In this document: in pieces, positions 36,633 to 45,321 of the stretch | Position numbering within the stretch: position 1 is the first letter of the stretch | Layout: the number at the start of each line of letters is the position of its first letter | Virus record (IMG/VR): IMGVR_UViG_3300037048_000031 | Span: 1-58,011 of that record | Direction: 5' to 3' (one strand) | Length of the DNA: 58,011 bases | Origin: a virus | Taxonomy: Duplodnaviria > Caudoviricetes | Translations under genes and position numbers: made by a program | The notes under the pieces: model-generated | Told to the model about the DNA's origin: nothing | The model's input: the letters and a program-made list of their open reading frames with translations, nothing else | Databases searched by the model: none

Positions 36633-38870
36633 TTACAGCTTGTTATCGCTTTTGGTTCCCCGATCTACGAAACCGGGATCATTGGTTAATTTGCTGACTA
36701 TATCCGCACCTGTCTTGACGTCTTCCCTTTTGTGGCTCTTGATATCGCTCTCCATCTTCGAAACAGACTCGGCCCTCTTAATCCTCATTTGCTGTTCGTC
36801 AAAATCAACACCGGCGAGCGCGACCTCCTGTTTTACGGCTTCTGTTTGGATCTGTGCCGTCGTGAGGGCTGCTTCTGCTTCGAGCTTTTTAACCTCGGCC
36901 CGCGCCTTGGTTGTTTCAACGTCTTCGGGTTTTTCCTGTGGTTCGCCCTGCATTTTCTCCTGCATGAATTCGGTCATAAACTGTTCGAATGATGGGAACT
37001 GGCCTTTTTCGATAGCTGCCTGCAGCTTCTTAGGATCTATCTCGATGATATTCTTGATATATTCCATGATGTGAGGCGGTATTCCGGCTTGTTCCATCTG
37101 GTTTATAACGCTCCCAAGAGGACCGGCGTTCATTCTTTTGAGGACTTCCGCCCTATTGCCCCAATCCAGCTTTTCAAGAAGTTCCTGCCGGTCAATGGCA
37201 TTTCCCTTAAATAGCTCGAGGGCTTCTTCGCGCTGCTGCACTCTCGAAATAGGTAGGGTTGATCCGGAAACAACCGTAAGTTTCGCCGGTGTTATCAGTC
37301 TGGTTCCGACTATTGACTTGGATGTTTGCTCTCCGTCCTTCTCGGCATAAGATATCCAGCGCTCTTCCGTATAAAAGTTATGGAGATGGGATATATACAT
37401 CCGGCCTCTTTCCCTGATAAGCCTCCCGTATGACCGGATTTTCCCTCTCATTGTTGTTGCTGCTCGTTCAAGAAGGGCCGCGATCGCTTTATAAGCTATG
37501 ACGTTGTTTCCCACCTGGGCCTGGTCCAGATCGAACGTGCCTGCTATCAGGAAGAATAGATCCTTGAATAAGGTTATTGATTTCTCGATATCAATACTCG
37601 ATGGAGGCAATTCCAGATATCTGATCCCGGCGCCGGTCTCCGCTGTTGTCGGTCTGATTATGCCCGGATAATTAGTGAATTCGTTATTCTCAACTCCCGA
37701 ATTCTTCGGATTTATTATCTTTCTCCTGGCCGACTTATCCTTTTCCAGCACCATTTGAGACAGGCTTTTATTGAGCTCCATATTCAGGGCTTCGAGCTGT
37801 TCAAGGTCGCTTATTCCCCAGGCGCTCGCCGTATCCTTTACCGAGTTGGCGCCGTAAAACGGAAACTTATCATAAAGATATGTCTGCCTGGCTTCATCCT
37901 CGCCTATGGATGAATTTATGTTCGGGTTATCCTTGTCTTCCAGGACGACGCCGCCAGAACAAGCGAGGACATATCGAATCCCACCGGTATATTTCATTTT
38001 TTCAATCAGGTATTCGTTTCCTATTCCGTCGGTCTGGGTTTTGTCGTCCTTTACCATGGTGTTATCCCTTACCCACATTTCACACACGACGGTTTCCTCG
38101 TCGTCAAGAGACTCGCCCCCTGATATAAAGTTCGAGATACTTTTTACGATAGTCTGTATAGTGACAAGCATGTTATTCGTTTTCTTGTCGCCCTGGGCGT
38201 TGATATCCCGCCTGTCGTCGTTGAGATCCTTTAAAACTTCCTTGTCGGGTTTTATCTTATTGGCCAGCTTGGGGTATTTCGCCCGCATCCTTCGAACGCT
38301 TTTAGGATAAAAGTGGACTACGGCCTCGCTCGATTGTAACTCGCTGATATCTTTCAGGGCTACCGGATACCAACCAAAATAGAACGGATCGACTATAACG
38401 GTTTGAGCATCCCCCAGGCCCCCTTCAAGATCCTCGTTAAAGACAACCTTCTCAATACATACGCCGTATGTCTCACCATTTAGAACCGAGCTTTCGAGTT
38501 TATCCTGCTGTTCCTGGTCCAGCCACCAATGTTCGGCGGATCGCTGCAGATCGAGGCAAACATCCTTCTGGTCCTCTTCGACTTTACCAACCGAGGCCAC
38601 GTTAAAGGTCGGGTTGTTATCGGTGAGGGTGTTCGTTGTCCTTTGGATATGCGTAAAGGTTATATTGGCGCTCACCAGGGGAAGGCTCGCCGACGTTTTA
38701 GTTTTCCAATGTTTATTCCGACGTAACTTATAATTCCTGTTCCATTTCTCATGGAGGCCGAGACGCACCTTGTCGTTAAGGATCACCGCAAGGAGTTGGA
38801 AAACCTTTTTGCCGACGTTCTTATCCCCTTCGGGCGGCAAGAGTTCATAGCTTTGATTCTTATCAGGCAT
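36633..38870 (-). CDS. Portal protein
   Basis: 745 aa between TerL and the scaffold; VDPFYF, WGISDLEQL; helical C-terminal barrel. Confidence 0.88.
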   Translation of the reverse strand: MPDKNQSYELLPPEGDKNVGKKVFQLLAVILNDKVRLGLHEKWNRNYKLRRNKHWKTKTSASLPLVSANITFTHIQRTTNTLTDNNPTFNVASVGKVEEDQKDVCLDLQRSAEHWWLDQEQQDKLESSVLNGETYGVCIEKVVFNEDLEGGLGDAQTVIVDPFYFGWYPVALKDISELQSSEAVVHFYPKSVRRMRAKYPKLANKIKPDKEVLKDLNDDRRDINAQGDKKTNNMLVTIQTIVKSISNFISGGESLDDEETVVCEMWVRDNTMVKDDKTQTDGIGNEYLIEKMKYTGGIRYVLACSGGVVLEDKDNPNINSSIGEDEARQTYLYDKFPFYGANSVKDTASAWGISDLEQLEALNMELNKSLSQMVLEKDKSARRKIINPKNSGVENNEFTNYPGIIRPTTAETGAGIRYLELPPSSIDIEKSITLFKDLFFLIAGTFDLDQAQVGNNVIAYKAIAALLERAATTMRGKIRSYGRLIRERGRMYISHLHNFYTEERWISYAEKDGEQTSKSIVGTRLITPAKLTVVSGSTLPISRVQQREEALELFKGNAIDRQELLEKLDWGNRAEVLKRMNAGPLGSVINQMEQAGIPPHIMEYIKNIIEIDPKKLQAAIEKGQFPSFEQFMTEFMQEKMQGEPQEKPEDVETTKARAEVKKLEAEAALTTAQIQTEAVKQEVALAGVDFDEQQMRIKRAESVSKMESDIKSHKREDVKTGADIVSKLTNDPGFVDRGTKSDNKL

Positions 38871-39358
38871 TATTCTTTATCCTTATGTGAATTCCTATGA
38901 GACAAATACCCTCGCTGCTGGAAACTTCTCCCGCAAACGTCACATTTGATCAGATCTTGGGCGTTTGGTTTCTTTTCGGGCGCCTTGTTTTCGTTCAGTT
39001 CGGCCCGCACAATCGATGCAGCCTGTTCGTCTGTCGGCACAATCGTCCTGTCAATAACTGATTCGCGGTCGATTTCTGGTCTTTTGTCAACAAATTCGCC
39101 GGGTACGCCATTTTTTGACACTCTGTAAGGCCCTGTAGTTGTCGATATTACCTCTTGGCTTATGAATGGTCGATGCGTTCTGCCGTGTGGACACCTGAAA
39201 TCCTCCCATGAGAGGATAGGGTCGAACGGGACCGGAATCCCGTGTTCCGGGTCGGGCGATTGGAACATAGCGCCTGTCATTGGAAACGAGAGGGCTTCCT
39301 CGGTTGTTTTAGAGATAATCTCGTCGCATAGTTCGCATTTGACTATTAGTTCACTCAT
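38870..39358 (-). CDS. Hypothetical zinc-finger protein
   Basis: CELC...CPHG..H and a C-terminal C2H2 motif CDVC...H...H. Confidence 0.65.
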   Translation of the reverse strand: MSELIVKCELCDEIISKTTEEALSFPMTGAMFQSPDPEHGIPVPFDPILSWEDFRCPHGRTHRPFISQEVISTTTGPYRVSKNGVPGEFVDKRPEIDRESVIDRTIVPTDEQAASIVRAELNENKAPEKKPNAQDLIKCDVCGRSFQQRGYLSHRNSHKDKE

Positions 39359-39582
39359 TTTGTAGCCTCAACGGTTTGAATGATTTCTTCTTCCCCGCCA
39401 TACATGGCATCATAATACAAATCCTGATCGGCTTCCGCAGGTTTCTCCGGAAAGACTCTCGGTAACGCGGGGCCGCGCGCTTTATCCTGGGTGATCCTTC
39501 CAAGATAAAAACCGAGACATACGCAAGCGATATTAAGTAAGGCCAGGGCAAAATACATTTTATTAATATCCATCGACATCAC
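39355..39582 (-). CDS. Small membrane protein
   Basis: One transmembrane segment; overlaps both neighbours. Confidence 0.5.
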   Translation of the reverse strand: MMSMDINKMYFALALLNIACVCLGFYLGRITQDKARGPALPRVFPEKPAEADQDLYYDAMYGGEEEIIQTVEATK

Positions 39583-42500
39583 TATACGTCGTTCCGACGT
39601 CCTCTTTATTTGCTTCGTGCATCCAAAACTGTTCGTCTATTATTTTTTCAGCTATTGCTTCCGCCGCGTATCCTTCCCGAATCGGTTTCTCGATCATGGC
39701 TATATGGGCCTGGGCGGATGTCATCATCTTTTCAGGAATTCTCAATTTGAGAGGTCTCGCCATAACTACGTGACACGATTCATCATAAATGTGGTCTTCT
39801 TGATCGGTATTAGCTGACAATATCCCATTAGCATAAAAGAGGTGCGCCTGCTCAACCGTCAGATAATAGACCGGCTTCTTTTCTGAGAACCCAACCACAC
39901 TTATAACTGCAAGTTCTGACTTCTTTGGTGCTATGTTTTTTTGCCCTGAATGATTTTCCGCATACCGGGCATTGTTTGTTTGTCCCTGAGTGGGCTTCTT
40001 GGCATGTTCCGGAACAGTGTTCTTTTGTTGGATGCCGGGTTGTAAAAGATTTGCCACAATTAGCGCACGCAAGTTCTCGAATGGGAGAGTTTGCGCGGCA
40101 CTTCTCAATGTTGCCCCGAAGAATCCTTTTCCCCACCCTGCTATTTCTCCAATTTTTAAGAGACTTGTTGAGATCCCCACCGGCTCCAATTCTTTCTTTG
40201 TGGTGTTGTCTCGCATGGCTTCCCGCAAAAACGAGTTCCAGATTTTCAATGCTGTTGTTGCTGGCATCGTGGTCTTTGTGGTGGATATGGCATCCTTCTG
40301 GAATGACTCCGTTAATAGTAATCCAAACTGCTCGGTGGAGTAATGTTGTCCCAAATGTATCGGAATGGCTTGGATGACATTCGAAATATCTTCTACCGTC
40401 ACGCTTCGTAAACTTGATTCCTCCGAAAACAATTTGTTGATTTGGCATAAGGCGTCTCCTTCCTGTAAAAGTGTTTGGCCTGATGATACCAGACACAGAG
40501 GAAGAAGTCCACAATTATTTACAAATATTTTATGGTCTTGGGTTGCTTCGAGGGTTGCCCCGTTCGACATGGTTATTTTGATGGTTTCGTCCTGTCCTGC
40601 CAGGCCAGCTTTTAATATTTTTCTCGGCCCTATAGGGGTATTAACAAAATCGCCCGCCCTTAGTTGTTCGATTGCAGCCAATCCGGTTGGAGTCGATATG
40701 AGCGTTCCGGCAACAAAACAATCGATATCCTCCATATTGTCCTCGTCCATGGAAAGCGCCGGTATTAAATCAATAAAGTGCCTGCAAGTTCTATAAACTT
40801 GGAGCATGGGCCTGTCGATCTGCTTTCCGCTTTCATCCCTCGGAACATACATGCGCTCTCTAAACTGCTGTATTTTCTGAGTCCGCGCCGGATCGCCCCT
40901 TGTTAGGAAGATTCTTTTTTCCGCAAAAGTTTCAGCGGTGCTCGGTCCCTGGCCTCCGCCCTTATAATCCGGTTTCTTGGACCAGCAATCAGGGCCAGCC
41001 AAGCGGATTAGCTTGTCATTTCCCCATATTCCCGCGTCTTTTTCGCGCTTTATGATCCCGTCGGCCACTTCTGAATCTGTTAAACGCAAGCCTTCGTCCG
41101 GCGTTCCAGTTGATCCGTACCATTCGAGAAAACGATATACGCGCCCCTCGCCATCTACCCACCACCAACCTATTGAAAACGGTTTTCCGTATCCCCAATC
41201 GAAGGTCATATACATATACGCATGTTTCTCTATGGGGATCGGATCGATGATATGCGCCTCTGTTAAGAGGAATGCCTGCCCGATGTATGTATCCCAGTCT
41301 CCGGCCAGCCAAGCGGCTCGTAAAGCGGGGTCTTTGATCGATTTGAGCTTGTTTACATAGGACGGATCTGACTCGCATAGGATTTTGTTGTCGTCGAGGA
41401 AGGAAGGGATGTAAATCTTGGTTTGCCCATCGGCGTCCGTGATAACGGATTCCGGTTTAACCCCGAATGAGGCGCCGAGCTGGAAATAGTTTTTAACTTG
41501 GTTGTGTCCTGGGCCTCCCGGGTTTCCAGTTCCGAACATCCTGCAGGGTACTCCATGGGCGGATCTGTTCGAGCCTTTCAGCTTATCAACCATGGAATAG
41601 AAAAATGGGAAGGTCGTAACCTCGTCAATTCCAATTTCGGTGTATTGTTGCCCTACATGATCATCAACCATCTTTAGGGTTGAAATTGCAGGCATAATCA
41701 CCTGGGCTCCGTTCTTAAACCTCACGTAATTGGTCTGCTGATCACCGCCGATTCTTATAGCAGGGAGCCCATCTGCTACCATGCCGTCAATCCGGCGTCT
41801 CATTTCCGCGAATTCTTTATATTTCCTGCGGACTATGATCCCGTTCCAATTCGGTCCCCATTTTTCCGCACCGCGCAGCTGCCGGCCCCACAAACAATCT
41901 GAATTATGGGTTGGTATCATAGATTTGCCACACAAATACATGCGCGATGGTGAGTCAACTTGAATACATTTGAGCGGTACTCGCTCTATTGGTTTTACTG
42001 AAAGAATATATCTCTTCTCATGGGTCCCACGGAAACCACCGCGTTTTTGTCGAATCAATTTTCTTGGTAGCCTGAACGCAGGCAGGTCTGTCATAAACTT
42101 AAGACGATACTTTAACCCGCAATCCTTCCCATGTATTTTTGCCGTTCCAGTTCTCATCTGGCATTTAATACCGAGCGAACTTATTAGCTCAAAAACTCCG
42201 TCAATCAAGGACTTTCTTGTTAATTGTATTTCACATTGGCCGCGCAAGTCGCAATGGCCATCCGTATCCATAAGCCCCTGCAAAAGAGACAGCCTTTGCT
42301 CTTTGCTTGCTCTAAGATAAGATATTGGAATGTGTTTATTTTTTAGAACTCCGAGCGTTCGCAACTGCGTTATCAAACCCAATACGCATCTTGATTTAGG
42401 ATCACTGTGCTGCGACACAGAATATCCACCATTAACTATCTGAACAAAAATATCCTCATCAATACCTGTTACACAGCCACTTGCAGCAGTACCATCACCA

Positions 42501-43126
42501 AGCCATACACCAAAAACATAAGGGTCTATCGGCAACGTTTGTTCCGGTAATTCAAGAGCCTTTGAAACCTGAATAGAATGATTGATTTCTTTTCTGTGTT
42601 TGGCAATATCTCTTACGTAAAGAGTGTCCAATATTTCTTTAGTGGTTTTAATGCTGCTGGTCGGAATATTTTTTACTTTGGTAGGATTTAATTTATTGCG
42701 TGCAACAAGGCTTTTGGTAAACGCCTCGCTTTTGGTTCCCTTAACGTTGCTTTTTCTATTCACCCTTCGAGTTGCTCTCCACTCAGGAGTTTCGCGAAGC
42801 CGCCGCGCCCTTTCCTTGTAATTTGATGTTACCCATTGATGTCTGGCGCCTGCAATAATTTCCGATCCGTCGGAGAATATCATTTTATAGGTGTCCTCAA
42901 ACTGAACAGGGGAAACGCCAACAACACGACACGGCAAACCTTCACCCGATAACACCTCGTCTCCAATCTGAAGATCCGCCATCGTTTCCCACCCATATGG
43001 TGTGGGTATTGGAGTATCAATACTTAGGAGTTTCCCGCCGCCCCGAGACCCACCGAACAGCGTAAAATCAGCCGGGCATATCGCCGCTCTCGCTTGTGGG
43101 CCTGGTTGTGGAGACCAGAAAGACAT
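39563..43126 (-). CDS. terL: Terminase large subunit with two inteins
   Basis: GGSRGGGK|S Walker A, IGIDE Walker B, GNPGGPGH, FDWG and EDHIYDE nuclease motifs. Confidence 0.95.
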   Translation of the reverse strand: MSFWSPQPGPQARAAICPADFTLFGGSRGGGKLLSIDTPIPTPYGWETMADLQIGDEVLSGEGLPCRVVGVSPVQFEDTYKMIFSDGSEIIAGARHQWVTSNYKERARRLRETPEWRATRRVNRKSNVKGTKSEAFTKSLVARNKLNPTKVKNIPTSSIKTTKEILDTLYVRDIAKHRKEINHSIQVSKALELPEQTLPIDPYVFGVWLGDGTAASGCVTGIDEDIFVQIVNGGYSVSQHSDPKSRCVLGLITQLRTLGVLKNKHIPISYLRASKEQRLSLLQGLMDTDGHCDLRGQCEIQLTRKSLIDGVFELISSLGIKCQMRTGTAKIHGKDCGLKYRLKFMTDLPAFRLPRKLIRQKRGGFRGTHEKRYILSVKPIERVPLKCIQVDSPSRMYLCGKSMIPTHNSDCLWGRQLRGAEKWGPNWNGIIVRRKYKEFAEMRRRIDGMVADGLPAIRIGGDQQTNYVRFKNGAQVIMPAISTLKMVDDHVGQQYTEIGIDEVTTFPFFYSMVDKLKGSNRSAHGVPCRMFGTGNPGGPGHNQVKNYFQLGASFGVKPESVITDADGQTKIYIPSFLDDNKILCESDPSYVNKLKSIKDPALRAAWLAGDWDTYIGQAFLLTEAHIIDPIPIEKHAYMYMTFDWGYGKPFSIGWWWVDGEGRVYRFLEWYGSTGTPDEGLRLTDSEVADGIIKREKDAGIWGNDKLIRLAGPDCWSKKPDYKGGGQGPSTAETFAEKRIFLTRGDPARTQKIQQFRERMYVPRDESGKQIDRPMLQVYRTCRHFIDLIPALSMDEDNMEDIDCFVAGTLISTPTGLAAIEQLRAGDFVNTPIGPRKILKAGLAGQDETIKITMSNGATLEATQDHKIFVNNCGLLPLCLVSSGQTLLQEGDALCQINKLFSEESSLRSVTVEDISNVIQAIPIHLGQHYSTEQFGLLLTESFQKDAISTTKTTMPATTALKIWNSFLREAMRDNTTKKELEPVGISTSLLKIGEIAGWGKGFFGATLRSAAQTLPFENLRALIVANLLQPGIQQKNTVPEHAKKPTQGQTNNARYAENHSGQKNIAPKKSELAVISVVGFSEKKPVYYLTVEQAHLFYANGILSANTDQEDHIYDESCHVVMARPLKLRIPEKMMTSAQAHIAMIEKPIREGYAAEAIAEKIIDEQFWMHEANKEDVGTTYSDVDGY
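39809..40720 (-). mobile_element. Intein 2 (304 aa) in the TerL nuclease domain; no in-frame endonuclease
   Basis: DID|CFVAGTLIST, TQDHKIF (block B), VYYLTVEQAHLFYANGILSAN|T. Confidence 0.92.
39852..40448 (-). CDS. HNH endonuclease with Cys-rich zinc-binding repeats, encoded in an alternate frame inside intein 2
   Basis: AGGAG-acgcctt-ATG start; LHRAVW...IPEGCHIHHKDHDASNNSIENL...H; CANC...CSGTC and CPVC...CSYKC. Confidence 0.9.
   Translation of the reverse strand: MPNQQIVFGGIKFTKRDGRRYFECHPSHSDTFGTTLLHRAVWITINGVIPEGCHIHHKDHDASNNSIENLELVFAGSHARQHHKERIGAGGDLNKSLKNWRNSRVGKRILRGNIEKCRANSPIRELACANCGKSFTTRHPTKEHCSGTCQEAHSGTNKQCPVCGKSFRAKKHSTKEVRTCSYKCGWVLRKEAGLLSDG
41903..43030 (-). mobile_element. 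Intein 1 (376 aa), class 3 type, with LAGLIDADG endonuclease, inserted in the Walker A motif
   Basis: GGGK|LLSIDTPIPTP, HQW, VWLGDG, GLMDTDG, LKCIQVD, THN|S. Confidence 0.93.
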
Positions 43127-43866
43127 TATTTACCGTCCTTTTTCATTTTCTTAACGAGATCTTCGTATTCCTCCATAGTGCTTGGCTCCGGGGGAAAGTA
43201 TGTCATTTTGTGCGTAACCTCGACCTTTTGAGGATCATCGGCACCTGGCTTTACCCGATCCAGAATACCCTTAAGCGCTGAAACCTTATCATGCAGCTTG
43301 AAGGATATTGTTGATGTGGTGAATTCGTCTCCGTTTTTACCCTGGGTTGTCCTACATACCTCTTTAACCTCGGAAACAGCGCTGACCTGTTCCTCTGTTA
43401 ATTCCCCGGAATCTTTAAGGGTAACATACCCTGGCCCCCATTTAGCAAAATCACTCATTCTTGAAAAGCCAACATGTGCCAGCTCCTTAATCACCTCGTC
43501 CTGGTTTATGCGTAACCTCTTGGATATTTCGACTTTTCCGGCATTGACGGCTGCCGTGATGTCTGGTCTTGTCAATAAAGCGCTTGCTTGTTTACGCGCG
43601 TTCGCTTCTTTGTATCCCGCGCGTGTTGCGGCTTTTTGCCCGTTTAAATCAATCAAATATTCATCAACAAATCGAGCGTGTTGCGGCTTTAGTGTCTTTA
43701 AAAGGTCGTCATAGGTGGAGATTGGTGGGGTGTTTTGCGGGTTTTTGGGAACATTTTCGGCGCTTTCAGGAACACCCGGGGCCTTTTCTGGAACTTCCTG
43801 GCTACATTTCCGGCTCTGTCCCTGCTTTCCGCTTTTTCTTTTCGGTTTTTTCGGTAATGGTTTCAG
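43126..43866 (-). CDS. terS: Terminase small subunit (start uncertain; frame is open upstream of 43656, with a candidate CTG at 43866)
   Basis: LKPQHARFVDEYLIDLNGQKAATRAGY...A..LL and KLHDKVSAL motifs. Confidence 0.85.
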   Translation of the reverse strand: MKPLPKKPKRKSGKQGQSRKCSQEVPEKAPGVPESAENVPKNPQNTPPISTYDDLLKTLKPQHARFVDEYLIDLNGQKAATRAGYKEANARKQASALLTRPDITAAVNAGKVEISKRLRINQDEVIKELAHVGFSRMSDFAKWGPGYVTLKDSGELTEEQVSAVSEVKEVCRTTQGKNGDEFTTSTISFKLHDKVSALKGILDRVKPGADDPQKVEVTHKMTYFPPEPSTMEEYEDLVKKMKKDGK

Positions 43867-44101
43867 AGTTTTGTCCTTCGTTTTTATTTATGTCCGTATA
43901 TGGCGCGATAGTAAGACTCACCACCGCCCTGCGCCTGCTTAACTCTGTTGCTAATGCGTAATCATTTGCTCTCCCCTCGTATAAATCGATTGAAAATCTT
44001 GCCCCGCCCATAGCCAGGGTCTTAAAGCCTGAACACTGGCCTATGATCTTAATTTCTTCGGGGTTGCCTGGGTCTTTTTCCATCCGGATTTTCTTTACCA
44101 T
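43802..44101 (-). CDS. Hypothetical protein, probably the first gene of the late operon
   Basis: 99-aa ORF directly downstream of the repeat-containing promoter. Confidence 0.65.
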   Translation of the reverse strand: MVKKIRMEKDPGNPEEIKIIGQCSGFKTLAMGGARFSIDLYEGRANDYALATELSRRRAVVSLTIAPYTDINKNEGQNSETITEKTEKKKRKAGTEPEM

Positions 44102-44176
44102 GGTTTTTTAATAAAAATTGCGTTTGACACTCCTTGACACTCCTTGACACCTGAGAGCATAAGAAAACGCTTGACA
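44102..44176 (-). promoter_or_regulatory. Putative activator-dependent late promoter with phased direct repeats
   Basis: TTGACAC at 44124, 44134 and 44144 (10-bp period) plus TTGACA at 44171. Minus-strand TATTAA at 44113-44108 lies 6 nt before the ATG. Confidence 0.6.
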
Positions 44177-44178
44177 GG

Positions 44179-44373
44179 TTATTTTTTATTATGCTGCGGA
44201 CCGGATTTTTTCTTCAACTGATCTCTAAGCCATTCGGCTATCAATGTTTCGCATGTTGTTGGCTTTGTGGCTATGTATTTCAAAGGAAAATCGTCCTCTT
44301 TCACCAGGCGCAAGATCGTTCCGCGCGAGAATCCTGTATAATTAACTATGTTTTTCCAGCCGGTTAAAAGCAA
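44179..44373 (-). CDS. AlpA/Xis-like HTH regulator (putative late-gene activator)
   Basis: LTGWKNIVNYTGFSRGTILRL....FP...IAEWL. Confidence 0.75.
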   Translation of the reverse strand: MLLTGWKNIVNYTGFSRGTILRLVKEDDFPLKYIATKPTTCETLIAEWLRDQLKKKSGPQHNKK

Positions 44374-44682
44374 TTAGATTATCCTGCTGGCGGGAACCTC
44401 TTCCTGCCCGTCTATGGTTGTCGTATCCGGCCCCATGGGCTCAAAACACTTGGCGCAATACGCACAGGGTTTATTGGCGATCAGGTCTTGCCCTGTTGGA
44501 GACACTATCGCCGATACCGAAAACAACGTAACTCCGCCGGGCAAAAACACCTTTCCGCCGCATTTACATCGGATTTGTTTCGCATGTGTTAAGTCAACCT
44601 CGATGGTTTGTCCCCGCCCTGGTTGTTGTGGTGGTAACGCTCCTATTTTCCTTAATTCCTCTCGTCTTCTTGCCTCTCCCAT
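44374..44682 (-). CDS. Zinc-ribbon hypothetical protein
   Basis: CKCG...CAKC; MGEARRR start with a strong SD. Confidence 0.7.
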   Translation of the reverse strand: MGEARRREELRKIGALPPQQPGRGQTIEVDLTHAKQIRCKCGGKVFLPGGVTLFSVSAIVSPTGQDLIANKPCAYCAKCFEPMGPDTTTIDGQEEVPASRII

Positions 44683-44718
44683 TAGTGAATCTCCTTTGCG
44701 TTCTTGTTTATATTTTTA

Positions 44719-44994
44719 TTAATTCCACCTCGGTCCATGTTTCCCTGAATGACATTCCCAACACTCAATTTTACAGTTTTCCGCTGTATCCGATCCGCCA
44801 GATCCCTTTGACTTATTATGAGATAAATGGGCGCACTTGAATTGATCCCATTTTCCACCTATGGACCACGGAAGGGGTTTGCCGCATGTCTCGCAACTTT
44901 CACCAGCTCGGCCCAGGTACAGCTTTCTTTTAAGCTGTTGGAGCTTATGGGGGGATAATCTGATCGCTATTATCTTTGGGTCTGGGTTAAACAT
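44719..44994 (-). CDS. Small HNH endonuclease
   Basis: CETCG...HLSHNKSKGSGGSDTAENCKIECWECHSGKH. Confidence 0.85.
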   Translation of the reverse strand: MFNPDPKIIAIRLSPHKLQQLKRKLYLGRAGESCETCGKPLPWSIGGKWDQFKCAHLSHNKSKGSGGSDTAENCKIECWECHSGKHGPRWN

Positions 44995-45095
44995 AGTCAT
45001 TCCCCTCTTTGGTTTGGCCGGGGAAACCGTCACGAAACCCCGGCCCTTGATTTACCTGTTCACCGATCTCCTTTCTGTTTATTTAACTCCGGCAC

Positions 45096-45302
45096 TTAAC
45101 TTCTCGCTATTCCTGCATTTGCCCAGAATACGGCCTCTTCAAGTTTGGTCATTGCAAGGGCCTTCTCTCTTGAGTCCGGTACGTTGTCGTCTATAAGATG
45201 GGCAACGTGTTTGGCGGCAAATCGAATTTCATGGTATATTCCCTGCTGTCCTTCCTTTGGCGCATGATACGTAAAGTTGTTTTCGATTATTGCCTTGTCC
45301 AT
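45096..45302 (-). CDS. Acb2/Tad1-like helical-hairpin protein (putative immune-signal sponge)
   Basis: FTYHAPK...Y..IR...PDSREKALAMTKLEEAVFWANAGIAR; strong AGGAGG SD. Confidence 0.7.
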   Translation of the reverse strand: MDKAIIENNFTYHAPKEGQQGIYHEIRFAAKHVAHLIDDNVPDSREKALAMTKLEEAVFWANAGIARS

Positions 45303-45321
45303 GACAAACCTCCTTTGTTTT

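Noticed and set aside
2190-43961. Numerous plus-strand ORFs opposite the late operon
   Set aside because: Antisense shadows of real genes, with no recognisable motifs.
44124-44150. CRISPR-like array
   Set aside because: 7-bp repeats with 3-bp gaps, no spacers and no cas genes.
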